Shown piece by piece: positions 47,499-55,878 of a stretch of 64,000 nucleotides of DNA. The stretch comes from Candidatus Limihabitans stercoravium. Its GTDB lineage: Bacteria > Bacillota > Clostridia > Christensenellales > CAG-314. The stretch's first letter is position 1; each line of letters starts with the position of its first letter. The notes beneath the pieces were generated by a model, which saw only the letters and a program-made list of their open reading frames with translations, had not been told where the DNA came from and did no database searches. Made by a program: the position numbers and the translations under genes. Where the stretch lies: assembly GCA_018715495.1 (NCBI GenBank), contig DVLO01000022.1:13172-77171 (forward strand). Reading direction: 5' to 3'.

Positions 47499-48316
47499 TG
47501 AATATTCTTTACGGAAAACCCGTTGCCGAACAGATCAGGCAACGGATTTTGTCATATACAAAAAACAATAGAGTAACAGTTGCAACGATAGGTCTTGAAG
47601 GTGATGAACAGTGGAATCAGTACACGGCATCTTTGTCTAAAAGCGCAGCAAATTACAACTGCAATGTTGTAAATTGCACATTGTCTTCAGATGTGGATTT
47701 TCAGACCTTTAAACAGGAAATAGAAAAACTCAACGGCGATGATGATGTGGACGGAGTGTTGATTCAACAACCGTTACCTAAACACCTTGCCGCCGTAGTG
47801 GATGTTTTGAGCCCATTCAAGGATATTGACGGACTGACAGCTTCGTCTGTCAAGGCAATGTACACCGGTAAAGAAAACTTCTTGCCTGCAACGGCACTGG
47901 CAGTAATAAGATTACTTGAGTTCTACGAAATAGCCACAGCGGTCAACGTTACAATTGTGGGCAGAGGTCTGGCTGTAGGTAAACCCCTTGCTTTAATGCT
48001 GACAAATCGCAATGCAACGGTTACAGTATGCCACACAAAGACAAAGAATGTTCAATGGCACACACAAAATGCCGACATCATTGTATCTGCCTGCGGTGTG
48101 GCAAATCTGATAGGCAAAGATCATGTCAATAAAAATTCTGTTGTGATTGACGTGGGGCTGAGTTTTGTCAACGGCAAGACATGCGGAGATCTCAATGTTG
48201 AAGAAATTGCCGACAATTGCTTGGCGTATTCCCCCGTTCCGGGTGGAGTTGGACCTGTGACACGTGCATGTCTTTTTGAAAATGCTGTAAAAGCACATTC
48301 TTTAAAGGTAAAATGA
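47495..48316 (+). CDS. folD: Bifunctional methylenetetrahydrofolate dehydrogenase/cyclohydrolase
   Basis: VDGVLIQQPLP, VTIVGRGLAVGKPLALML and PVPGGVGPVT. Confidence 0.94.
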   Translation: MMNILYGKPVAEQIRQRILSYTKNNRVTVATIGLEGDEQWNQYTASLSKSAANYNCNVVNCTLSSDVDFQTFKQEIEKLNGDDDVDGVLIQQPLPKHLAAVVDVLSPFKDIDGLTASSVKAMYTGKENFLPATALAVIRLLEFYEIATAVNVTIVGRGLAVGKPLALMLTNRNATVTVCHTKTKNVQWHTQNADIIVSACGVANLIGKDHVNKNSVVIDVGLSFVNGKTCGDLNVEEIADNCLAYSPVPGGVGPVTRACLFENAVKAHSLKVK

Positions 48317-49491
48317 TTGTTTCTGTAACTCAACTTAACAACTATATAAAGGGTGTAATGGACCTTGATGAAACGTTGAATTTTATTTCTGTCAAGGGTG
48401 AAGTAACATCCTGCAAAATGTCGCATGGAAACATCTACATGACGATAAGTGACGACGGCGGGCAAATTGACTGCTTTTCTTTCGGGGATTTGGTGACCCA
48501 ACCGGAAGTGGGCGTCAATGTCGTTGTAACAGGTAAGGTGCGTTATCTTCCCAAATACGGTAAGATTTCCCTTTTTGTCAGCAAGATACAACTCGCCGAT
48601 TTCGGAAAAAACTACCTGTTGTTCGTAGAGCTTCGTGACAGATTGCAAAAGGAAGGTTTATTTGACCTTGCACGAAAGAAGGCATTACCCAAACTTCCTA
48701 AAAAGATTGGCGTTGTAACCAGTCGTACAGGGGCGGTCATTCGTGACATTACAGATGTTGTAAGCAGACGTCAGCCGTTTACTGACATTTTGCTGTATCC
48801 TGTACATGTTCAGGGTGACAGTGCGGAAGATGAAATCGTGGACGGCATAAACTACTTTTCACGCACACAGAACGTGGATGTCGTCATTGTTGCACGTGGC
48901 GGAGGATCAAATGAGGATCTTTCTGTTTTCAACAGTGAAAGGATTGTTCGTGCCGTTGCAGCTTGTCCGCTGCCAATTGTTTCCGCTATAGGCCACGGCG
49001 TCGATTTTACCCTGACTGACTTTGCTGCAGACCAGCGTGCTGTAACACCAACGGAAGCGGGCGAACTTGTAACAGTAGATGTAATAACCCTGTACAAGTA
49101 CATTGACGATTGTTTGTACACATTGTCAACAGTTGCCGAAAATTCAGTACGCACACGTCAGCACATGTTGTCACGTGCATTGTATTCGATGTATTCGGTG
49201 GTGGGCAGCGCTATACAGCAACGCAAAAATTTCATTCTGAGCACTTTATCTGAAATGCAATGGACTTGTCAGCAACTTGCAGACAAGAGACAGCAGCAGG
49301 TAGAGATGTCTTTGCAGAAGTTATCCGACAACAATCCGGCAAAGATTCTTTCTAAAGGTTACGCAGTCGTGGAAAAGAACGGGCACAGAGTGACGTCGTC
49401 AGGTCAGTTGACAACGGGTGACGAAGTGCTGCTGAAACTTAGCGACGGTAGTGCAAATGCAGTGATTACCGCTAGTGAGGTGAACAAATGA
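48313..49491 (+). CDS. xseA: Exodeoxyribonuclease VII large subunit
   Basis: VTQLNNYIKGVMD, an OB fold, KIGVVTSRTGAVIRDI and VARGGGSNEDL. Confidence 0.92.
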   Translation: MIVSVTQLNNYIKGVMDLDETLNFISVKGEVTSCKMSHGNIYMTISDDGGQIDCFSFGDLVTQPEVGVNVVVTGKVRYLPKYGKISLFVSKIQLADFGKNYLLFVELRDRLQKEGLFDLARKKALPKLPKKIGVVTSRTGAVIRDITDVVSRRQPFTDILLYPVHVQGDSAEDEIVDGINYFSRTQNVDVVIVARGGGSNEDLSVFNSERIVRAVAACPLPIVSAIGHGVDFTLTDFAADQRAVTPTEAGELVTVDVITLYKYIDDCLYTLSTVAENSVRTRQHMLSRALYSMYSVVGSAIQQRKNFILSTLSEMQWTCQQLADKRQQQVEMSLQKLSDNNPAKILSKGYAVVEKNGHRVTSSGQLTTGDEVLLKLSDGSANAVITASEVNK

Positions 49492-49688
49492 AACTTGAAG
49501 AAAATATAACTAAACTTACACAACTTGCTGAAAAAATGGAAAGTCAGGATATTTCGGTGCAGGACGCCTTGAAAAGTTACGAACAAGGTATTCGCCTTGC
49601 CGAAGAGTGTCTTAAAGAAATAAACGGCTACAAGGGCAAGCTGATTGAACTCAAAACACAGATGGACGAATTGAACAATGACAACTGA
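49488..49688 (+). CDS. xseB: Exodeoxyribonuclease VII small subunit
   Basis: 66-aa helical protein (LEE...L..YEQGIRLAEEC). Overlaps the xseA stop. Confidence 0.88.
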   Translation: MKLEENITKLTQLAEKMESQDISVQDALKSYEQGIRLAEECLKEINGYKGKLIELKTQMDELNNDN

Positions 49689-50469
49689 ATTTGACATTGA
49701 CAAACTGATATACACCTACTTTATGCCCTCCGATGACAAGGTGAGTCAGGCGATGGTGTACTGTCTGGGTAGCGGTGGTAAGCGTATAAGGCCCAATCTG
49801 TTGCTGAAGACCGCAGCTAATTTGGGGTGCGTGGATGACAACATCTGTCGTCTTGCAGTAGCTTTGGAGTGTATTCACACCTATTCGCTGGTGCATGATG
49901 ATTTGCCGTGTATGGACAATGACGATTTCCGTCGGGGAAAGCCAACTTGTCACAAACAGTTTGGTGAGGCAACGGCTGTATTGTGCGGAGACGCACTGTT
50001 AAATCTTGCAATGGAAATCGTTTCGGGTGGAAGTGCTACCGACAATTATATGAAGTGTATCAACATGCTGTTTACAAACAGCGGTTACAGTGGAATGATA
50101 CGTGGTCAGACGCTTGACCTCAATGGAAGCGACAACAGTGACGGTCTTATGGAAATATCGTTGTGCAAGACTGCCAAGATGATAATCTCAGCCATTGCCA
50201 TACCCGCAGTTTACGCTGGTCTTCCCGCCGATGAGGTGGAAAAATACAAGCAAATCGGGCAATATATAGGTATAGCTTATCAGGTTGCAGACGATCTTCT
50301 TGATGAGAAAAGTGGTGAAAATTCCTTTGTGTCTGTATTGGGTCATGACGAAACGGTACAGTTGCTCAATTGCCTGTCCAACGAAACGCTGTGCTTACTT
50401 GACAAACTTAATGTAGGTCAGGAGCACATTCGACAACTTGTGACATTCAATCTGACACGAAAGTTCTAA
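49678..50469 (+). CDS. ispA: (2E,6E)-farnesyl diphosphate synthase / polyprenyl synthetase
   Basis: First Asp-rich motif LVHDDLPCMDNDDFRRGKPT and second motif VADDLLD. Confidence 0.9.
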   Translation: MTTEFDIDKLIYTYFMPSDDKVSQAMVYCLGSGGKRIRPNLLLKTAANLGCVDDNICRLAVALECIHTYSLVHDDLPCMDNDDFRRGKPTCHKQFGEATAVLCGDALLNLAMEIVSGGSATDNYMKCINMLFTNSGYSGMIRGQTLDLNGSDNSDGLMEISLCKTAKMIISAIAIPAVYAGLPADEVEKYKQIGQYIGIAYQVADDLLDEKSGENSFVSVLGHDETVQLLNCLSNETLCLLDKLNVGQEHIRQLVTFNLTRKF

Positions 50470-50490
50470 ACTTTAAAAAGGCTGAATAAA

Positions 50491-50519
50491 CAAATGACTG
50501 CAGTCATTTGCATTTTTTT
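50491..50519 (+). terminator. Terminator-like hairpin after ispA
   Basis: CAAATGACTG (50491-50500) and CAGTCATTTG (50501-50510) form a perfect inverted repeat. CATTTTTTT follows. It overlaps the -35 of the downstream promoter. Confidence 0.6.
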
Positions 50520-50536
50520 CAGCAATGTGCTATAAT
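50508..50536 (+). promoter_or_regulatory. Putative sigma-A promoter driving the large ncRNA
   Basis: TTGCAT (50508-50513), 17-nt spacer, extended -10 TGcTATAAT (50528-50536). Confidence 0.6.
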
Positions 50537-50542
50537 ATTATA

Positions 50543-51166
50543 CGTGGGTAACCACACAACTTAATAAAAAAATACTGGTGGTGCAGTATTCTAGTCAGAA
50601 ACAGGTGCGAAGAAGACGGGGTTAAAATATCGTCGAAGGGCATATCGATGAAGTTTCTTGTGCTGGCTTCCGTTGCCCAAACGGGGGCTTGTGCTGGAAG
50701 TTAAGATTGCTGGGTAAGACGTAATGGCATACGTGTGATCCCCAACAGTCGTGGAGACTCTACAGGGTGGTTGTACGCTACGGAGCGCAACTACTCTCTG
50801 AGATTAAACCTGCTATGCGGCATCAAAGCTGTGTACAGAGTAGCTTGTTTTGAGTGAAGTTTTGGGAGTAATGAACGGCGTTTGCTTTGTTGGCCGACAA
50901 CAACCGTCCGAATGCTTTATGAAATGAATTTTGCAAAAGAAACTAAGCGTAGTTGTTTCTGCAAAGGAAATCTTCTAGACTGCAATTCAGGTAAGTCGGG
51001 GATTATAGTACGGTCTGAGTGGCGATTCAGTTAAGCGTGTGGCGACACCGCTTGTGCGAAATGAAAAGGAAACTGCTCTTTCGGCGACGAGGAGTTTTTG
51101 CACGGGAAATCCTACTGAACCTATGCCGTAAGGTTTATCCGACTTATCACCACCTTATTTTTTTTA
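50543..51166 (+). ncRNA. ole: OLE (ornate, large, extremophilic) RNA candidate; boundaries approximate
   Basis: The ispA-oapA interval has no tracked + strand ORF of 60 aa or more. It has its own promoter and many hairpins, including GNRA loops (GTGG-GTAA-CCAC 50544-50555; GTG-GCGA-CAC 51039-51048). Long-range complementarities: GGTGGTG 50577-50583 with CACCACC 51148-51154; TAAGTCGG 50992-50999 with CCGACTTA 51139-51146; CTACTCT 50791-50797 with AGAGTAG 50837-50843. The synteny folD-xseA-xseB-ispA-[RNA]-TM protein-dxs...argR-recN is the published OLE context. Confidence 0.75.
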
Positions 51167-51184
51167 CATTTTACAGGAGTTTAT

Positions 51185-51823
51185 ATGAATAAGCAGGGCA
51201 GCGACCCCACATCGGACAATGGTAAAAATCAAGAAATAAACAGTACTGACTTGACATCCAAGAGCAAGGCGCAGGACAAGACAAATCCCAAAAAGAAGAA
51301 GAAAAAGAATCTTTGGCCGTTGAAGGCTTGCTTGATTACTCTTGTTTTGTCTTTTGCGGTCAATACTGCGTCGGAACTTGCGCTTACGGGCGCACACATT
51401 GCAATTGCAATTGTAATTACGCTGGTAATTGTAATGATTGGCGTGTTTTTCGATATAATAGGTACTGCAAGTACTTCTTGTGACATTCAGCCTTTTCTTG
51501 CTATGGCGTCAAGAAAGGTGAAGGGAGCTAAAACTGCCGTCAAATTTGCCAAAAACAGCGACGTTGTATCTTCCGTCTGCAATGACATCATAGGTGACAT
51601 ATGTGGTGTCGTATCAGGCGTGTGCGGTGCGGCAATTGTAGGCAACGTTACAGGTAACGTTACAGGCAACTTTTCATTCTGGTTCAGCGTGTTGACTTAC
51701 GCAATTGTTTCTACGCTGACAATCACGGGAAAGGCTTTGGGTAAGAATTACGCCGTAAACAACGCTAACAAAATTGTATTTAACACTGCTAAGTTTATCA
51801 GTTTGTTTAGTAAAGAGGGTTAA
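51185..51823 (+). CDS. oapA: OLE-associated protein A candidate (small polytopic membrane protein)
   Basis: 212 aa. Basic, disordered N-terminus with a KKKKKK run, then predicted TM helices with repeated DIIG motifs (FFDIIGTAS; CNDIIGDICG). Sits immediately 3' of the ncRNA and 5' of dxs. AGGAG RBS lies 5 nt upstream. Confidence 0.7.
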   Translation: MNKQGSDPTSDNGKNQEINSTDLTSKSKAQDKTNPKKKKKKNLWPLKACLITLVLSFAVNTASELALTGAHIAIAIVITLVIVMIGVFFDIIGTASTSCDIQPFLAMASRKVKGAKTAVKFAKNSDVVSSVCNDIIGDICGVVSGVCGAAIVGNVTGNVTGNFSFWFSVLTYAIVSTLTITGKALGKNYAVNNANKIVFNTAKFISLFSKEG

Positions 51824-53607
51824 TGATTAGAGACATCAACAGCCCCGACGATCTCAAAAAATTGTCTGTAAAGCAACTTCCTAAACTGTGTGAGGAAATC
51901 AGACAACTGCTTGTTGACACGGTGCTTTCAACGGGCGGACATCTTGCTTCCAATCTTGGAGTGGTGGAACTTACTGTTGCATTGCATTACGTTTTCGATT
52001 CGTCGGATAAAATCGTGTGGGATGTAGGGCATCAGAGCTACGTTCACAAAATACTTACGGGAAGGTTGTCCCGTTTCGCAACGCTCAGACAGAAAGACGG
52101 TCTGGGCGGTTTTCCCCGTATGGACGAAAGCATGACTGACTCTTTCAACACAGGTCATGCCAGCACGGCTATTTCTGCTGCGCTGGGAATTGCAAAAGCA
52201 CGTGATTTAAAGGGAGAAGACTACAATGTAGTGGCAGTAGTCGGAGATGGTGCATTGACCGGTGGGCTTGCTTACGAAGGGCTTAACAATGTCGGAAACA
52301 CTAAGATGTTGATTGTGGTAAACGACAACAACATGTCAATCGCTGAAAACGTAGGTTCGGCCACTCTCAACATGAGTAAAATCCGTGTAGGATCTTACGA
52401 CAGAAACAAGGAGCGTTTAAAAAAGTTTTTGTCTAAAATCCCCCTTCTGGGAAAACCTACATACAAATTCCTTCATTGGTGCAAGCGTCGTGTCAAGATG
52501 TCTTACGGAGAGAACAGTTACTTCGATAAGTTTGATATAAAGTACATCGGTGCAATTGACGGCAATGATGTAGGAGATTTGGTTTACTTCCTTACTAAAA
52601 TCAAAAACAATGTTACAAAACCAACTGTTTTACACGTGTTGACCAAGAAGGGCAAGGGTTACAAACCTGCAGAAGACGATCCCGAACAGTTCCATTCTGT
52701 TGGGAAAACAGGAGCGGTGCTTTCAAGCGAAACTGTAGGCGAAACTCTTTGTCAACTTGCGCAACACAACAACATATGTGCAATTACTGCAGCAATGCAG
52801 GATGCTGTGGGGCTGGGAGAAATGGCTAAGCAATTTCCCGACAGAGTATTCGATGTCGGTATTGCCGAAGAACACGCAGTTACATTTGCAGCGGGACTTG
52901 CCACCGGCGGTGTTAAACCGTATGTGGCAATTTACTCTACATTCTTGCAGCGCGCGTTTGACCAGATACAGCATGATGTATCTTTGCAGAATTTACCTGT
53001 CACATTCCTGCTTGACCGCAGTGGACTTGTCGGCAGCGACGGTGCGACTCATCAGGGAATTTACGACTTGAGTTATCTGACGTGTATTCCCAACATGACA
53101 GTCTGGACTCCTGCAAGTTACAGTCAGCTAAAATCCATGATTGAGAAATCTGTTGAATTTCCAACGCCGTTGGCAATCAGATACGCCAAAACTCTGTCTT
53201 CGGACAAACTGCCTTTTGACGGTAATTGGAATGTTCTTCTTGATGGTAAGCATATCCATTTACTTGCAGTAGGCAACAATATGCTTGAAGTGGCAATAAG
53301 AGTCAAGCAAGACTACCTTCTAAAAGCTCAGGTAGTCAATGTTACTACAGTCAAGCCGCTAGACAGCGTCTATCTTGAAACAATCAATGACGGTGATGTC
53401 GTTGTAGCCTTGGAAGAAAATGTCCGCCAGGGCGGTTTCGGAAGTCTTGTAAAGGATTATTTTGCCGATAGAAATGTAAAGGTGCTAGGTTTTGCTGTTG
53501 GTGATTCGGTTGCTCAAGGCACAGTTGATGAGCAGATGAAGATGTGCGGACTTGATGCAGAAAGCGTTGGAAGATATCTGTTGCAGACATTAAAAAATGA
53601 AATTTAA
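51823..53607 (+). CDS. dxs: 1-deoxy-D-xylulose-5-phosphate synthase
   Basis: GGHLASNLGVVELTVALH, GHASTAISAALG, thiamine-PP motif GDGALTGGLAYEGLNN, and a transketolase-like C-terminus. The start overlaps the oapA stop (TAATG). Confidence 0.96.
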   Translation: MIRDINSPDDLKKLSVKQLPKLCEEIRQLLVDTVLSTGGHLASNLGVVELTVALHYVFDSSDKIVWDVGHQSYVHKILTGRLSRFATLRQKDGLGGFPRMDESMTDSFNTGHASTAISAALGIAKARDLKGEDYNVVAVVGDGALTGGLAYEGLNNVGNTKMLIVVNDNNMSIAENVGSATLNMSKIRVGSYDRNKERLKKFLSKIPLLGKPTYKFLHWCKRRVKMSYGENSYFDKFDIKYIGAIDGNDVGDLVYFLTKIKNNVTKPTVLHVLTKKGKGYKPAEDDPEQFHSVGKTGAVLSSETVGETLCQLAQHNNICAITAAMQDAVGLGEMAKQFPDRVFDVGIAEEHAVTFAAGLATGGVKPYVAIYSTFLQRAFDQIQHDVSLQNLPVTFLLDRSGLVGSDGATHQGIYDLSYLTCIPNMTVWTPASYSQLKSMIEKSVEFPTPLAIRYAKTLSSDKLPFDGNWNVLLDGKHIHLLAVGNNMLEVAIRVKQDYLLKAQVVNVTTVKPLDSVYLETINDGDVVVALEENVRQGGFGSLVKDYFADRNVKVLGFAVGDSVAQGTVDEQMKMCGLDAESVGRYLLQTLKNEI

Positions 53608-53622
53608 TTTGTAATTTTAGTG

Positions 53623-53651
53623 TTGCATAATTATAAATACTGATGTATAAT
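53623..53651 (+). promoter_or_regulatory. Putative promoter for argR-recN
   Basis: TTGCAT (53623-53628), 17-nt spacer, TATAAT (53646-53651). Confidence 0.5.
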
Positions 53652-53674
53652 ATAACCAACTGCTGGGGGTTGGT

Positions 53675-54127
53675 ATGACTAGAAACCAAAGACAATGGAA
53701 AATACTTGAAATAATAAGACAAGAAGTAGTTGAGACACAGGAAGAACTTGTCAATGCTCTGCGTTCACGTGGATTTGATGTGACGCAGGCTACTATTTCC
53801 CGTGATATCAAGGATCTTGGGCTCATCAAGACGCAAACGGAATCGGGTGCGTACAAATACGTAACCAAGCAATCAATGGATGTAAAGGTGTCGGGCAAGT
53901 TGCTTACCCTTTTTAAAGATTGCTTTGTTTCTGCTCAAAGTGCAGGTAACGTAGTTGTGGTAAAGACTGTTGAGCAGTGCGGAAACGTCGCTTCGGAGGT
54001 GGTTGAGCAAATGGGACTTAGCTACGTTCTTGGTGTAGTAGGAAGTAAAGACACAGCTATTGCCGTTTGTGCGGACAACTCCGCAGCTGCAATGCTGGTA
54101 GACAAACTCAATCAATTGCAGTACTGA
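53675..54127 (+). CDS. argR: Arginine repressor ArgR/AhrC
   Basis: RQWKILEIIRQEVVETQEELVNALRSRGFDVTQATISRDIKDLGL winged-helix domain, and a C-terminal GTIAGDDT-like oligomerisation domain. Confidence 0.92.
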   Translation: MTRNQRQWKILEIIRQEVVETQEELVNALRSRGFDVTQATISRDIKDLGLIKTQTESGAYKYVTKQSMDVKVSGKLLTLFKDCFVSAQSAGNVVVVKTVEQCGNVASEVVEQMGLSYVLGVVGSKDTAIAVCADNSAAAMLVDKLNQLQY

Positions 54128-54142
54128 TGATGAGGTGTTGAG

Positions 54143-55831
54143 ATGATACGAAGTCTGACGATAAACAACATTGCGCTGATTGACAAACTGCAACTTGATT
54201 TTGAAGAAGGTCTGACCGTGTTGTCGGGTGAAACCGGCAGCGGTAAGTCAATCATCATTGATTCATTGGCTTTTGTCTTAGGCGAACGTGCGGACAAGAC
54301 ATTGATCAAGCACGGACAGTCCAAGGCATTTGTGGAAGTTGTGTTCGAAACTCAGGACAAGGGCATACTTGAACTTGTTGAAGATCTGGGTTTTGAAAGT
54401 GACGGAACAATTGTAATAGCCCGTACAATGACAGATACGGGCAAAAATGATTGTCGTGTCAATGGAAGAAGTTGTACCGCTTCAATGCTGAAGACGCTGA
54501 CAACCAGGCTGGTGGACATTTTCGGTCAGAGTCAGCATCTGAATTTGCTAAGGCCGGACAATCACCTTGCTGTTCTTGATGGATTCTGTAAATTCGGGAA
54601 CCTCATGTCCGATGCGGAAAGTTTATACGAACATTACAAAGATATAGAAAAGCAACTAAAGCGATTTGGCGGTTCGGAGGCGGAACGTCAGCGTGCGTTG
54701 GATATGCTTTCCTACCAAATAGACGAATTAGAAAAGGCTGATTTGTCCGAAGAGGAAGAAGAGGAGCTTGAGGCTGCCCACAAGCGACTTGTTAATATTG
54801 AAAAAATTGCCACTGCAGTGGACAGTGCTCTCCAGTATCTGTCACGTGGTGAAGGAGCTGTCACTCAGCTGTCACTGGCAAGAAACAACATCAACAATGC
54901 TTCTGCCTACGATGAACAGTTGAATAGTGTATCAAGCAGGCTTGAACAGTTGTACATAGAAGCTGATGATGTTTCTCAGACTTTGGAACAGTACCTCAGT
55001 GATACGCAGTACAGTGCCAGTGAGGCAGACAGGATAGAAGAACGTCGTGAGCGTATTCGCACTTTGAAGAGAAAGTATGGCGGAACGGTAGCAAAAGCGT
55101 TGGAATTTCTTGCTGATGCTAAAATACAGTACGCAAACCTGGTTGACAGCGACGAACAGATTGCCCGTCTTTTGAAGGAGAAATCCGATGTTGTCAGACA
55201 ATTGTTTTCTGTTTCAAAAAAGATTTCCGCAGTACGTCACAAACAAGCTGAGATTTTCGCTGAAGATATACGAACTCAACTTGATGACTTGGGTATGAAA
55301 GGTACACAGTTTGCCGTACAGTTCAATGACGATGTAAACGAAGAAAATTACGAACAGTATGTGAGCGCCAACGGATACGACAGCGCAGAGTTTCTGTTTT
55401 CTGCAAACAAGGGTGAACCGCTGAAACCGCTGAGTAAAGTAATCAGTGGTGGTGAAATGTCCAGGTTCATGCTTGCAGTAAAGAACATAACTGCCAAAGT
55501 TGAGAACATTCCGACAATGGTATTCGATGAAATCGACACCGGTATTTCTGGAAATATGGCGCAAAAAGTTGCAATCAAACTTGCCAAGGTTTCAAAGGAT
55601 TACCAATGTCTTGTCATTACGCACCTGCCACACATTGTTGCAATGGCAGACAACAACATTGTAATTACCAAAGGTGAAGAAGGCGGGCGCACAGTATCGC
55701 ATGCAAGACATATTGATCGCACTGAAAAGGCAATGGAAGTTGCACGTCTTATGGGCGGAGTAGGGCAACACTCAATAGTCAATGCTAATGAGCTTATTGA
55801 TTGGGCTGCATCTTTCAAGAGTGAGAAGTAA
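54143..55831 (+). CDS. recN: DNA repair protein RecN
   Basis: Walker A GETGSGKSIIIDSL, a long coiled coil, signature ISGGEMSRFMLA and Walker B MVFDEIDTG. Confidence 0.95.
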   Translation: MIRSLTINNIALIDKLQLDFEEGLTVLSGETGSGKSIIIDSLAFVLGERADKTLIKHGQSKAFVEVVFETQDKGILELVEDLGFESDGTIVIARTMTDTGKNDCRVNGRSCTASMLKTLTTRLVDIFGQSQHLNLLRPDNHLAVLDGFCKFGNLMSDAESLYEHYKDIEKQLKRFGGSEAERQRALDMLSYQIDELEKADLSEEEEEELEAAHKRLVNIEKIATAVDSALQYLSRGEGAVTQLSLARNNINNASAYDEQLNSVSSRLEQLYIEADDVSQTLEQYLSDTQYSASEADRIEERRERIRTLKRKYGGTVAKALEFLADAKIQYANLVDSDEQIARLLKEKSDVVRQLFSVSKKISAVRHKQAEIFAEDIRTQLDDLGMKGTQFAVQFNDDVNEENYEQYVSANGYDSAEFLFSANKGEPLKPLSKVISGGEMSRFMLAVKNITAKVENIPTMVFDEIDTGISGNMAQKVAIKLAKVSKDYQCLVITHLPHIVAMADNNIVITKGEEGGRTVSHARHIDRTEKAMEVARLMGGVGQHSIVNANELIDWAASFKSEK

Positions 55832-55849
55832 CTTAATAATGAAGTTTTT

Positions 55850-55878
55850 AGGGTGAGTTTTTTAAAACTCACCCTTTT
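55850..55878 (+). terminator. Rho-independent terminator after recN
   Basis: GGGTGAG (55851-55857) pairs with CTCACCC (55868-55874), with flanking A/T extension. TTTT follows. Confidence 0.7.

Noticed and set aside
50470-51184. Alternative explanations for the large ORF-free interval: a riboswitch or T-box leader for oapA/dxs, a decayed pseudogene, or an rRNA/tmRNA/RNase P/SRP RNA.
   Set aside because: It is far too long for a riboswitch or T-box, and no specifier or T-box motif was seen. I noticed no residual similarity to neighbouring gene families in any frame. Its size, sequence and context do not fit rRNA, tmRNA, RNase P or 4.5S/SRP RNA. Synteny fits OLE instead.
51164-51397. 77-aa - strand ORF overlapping the oapA 5' end.
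   Set aside because: It is antisense to the well-supported oapA ORF, which has an RBS and a coherent TM architecture. It is a Lys/Arg-rich translation of the complement of the poly-Lys/A-rich stretch, with no expression signals.
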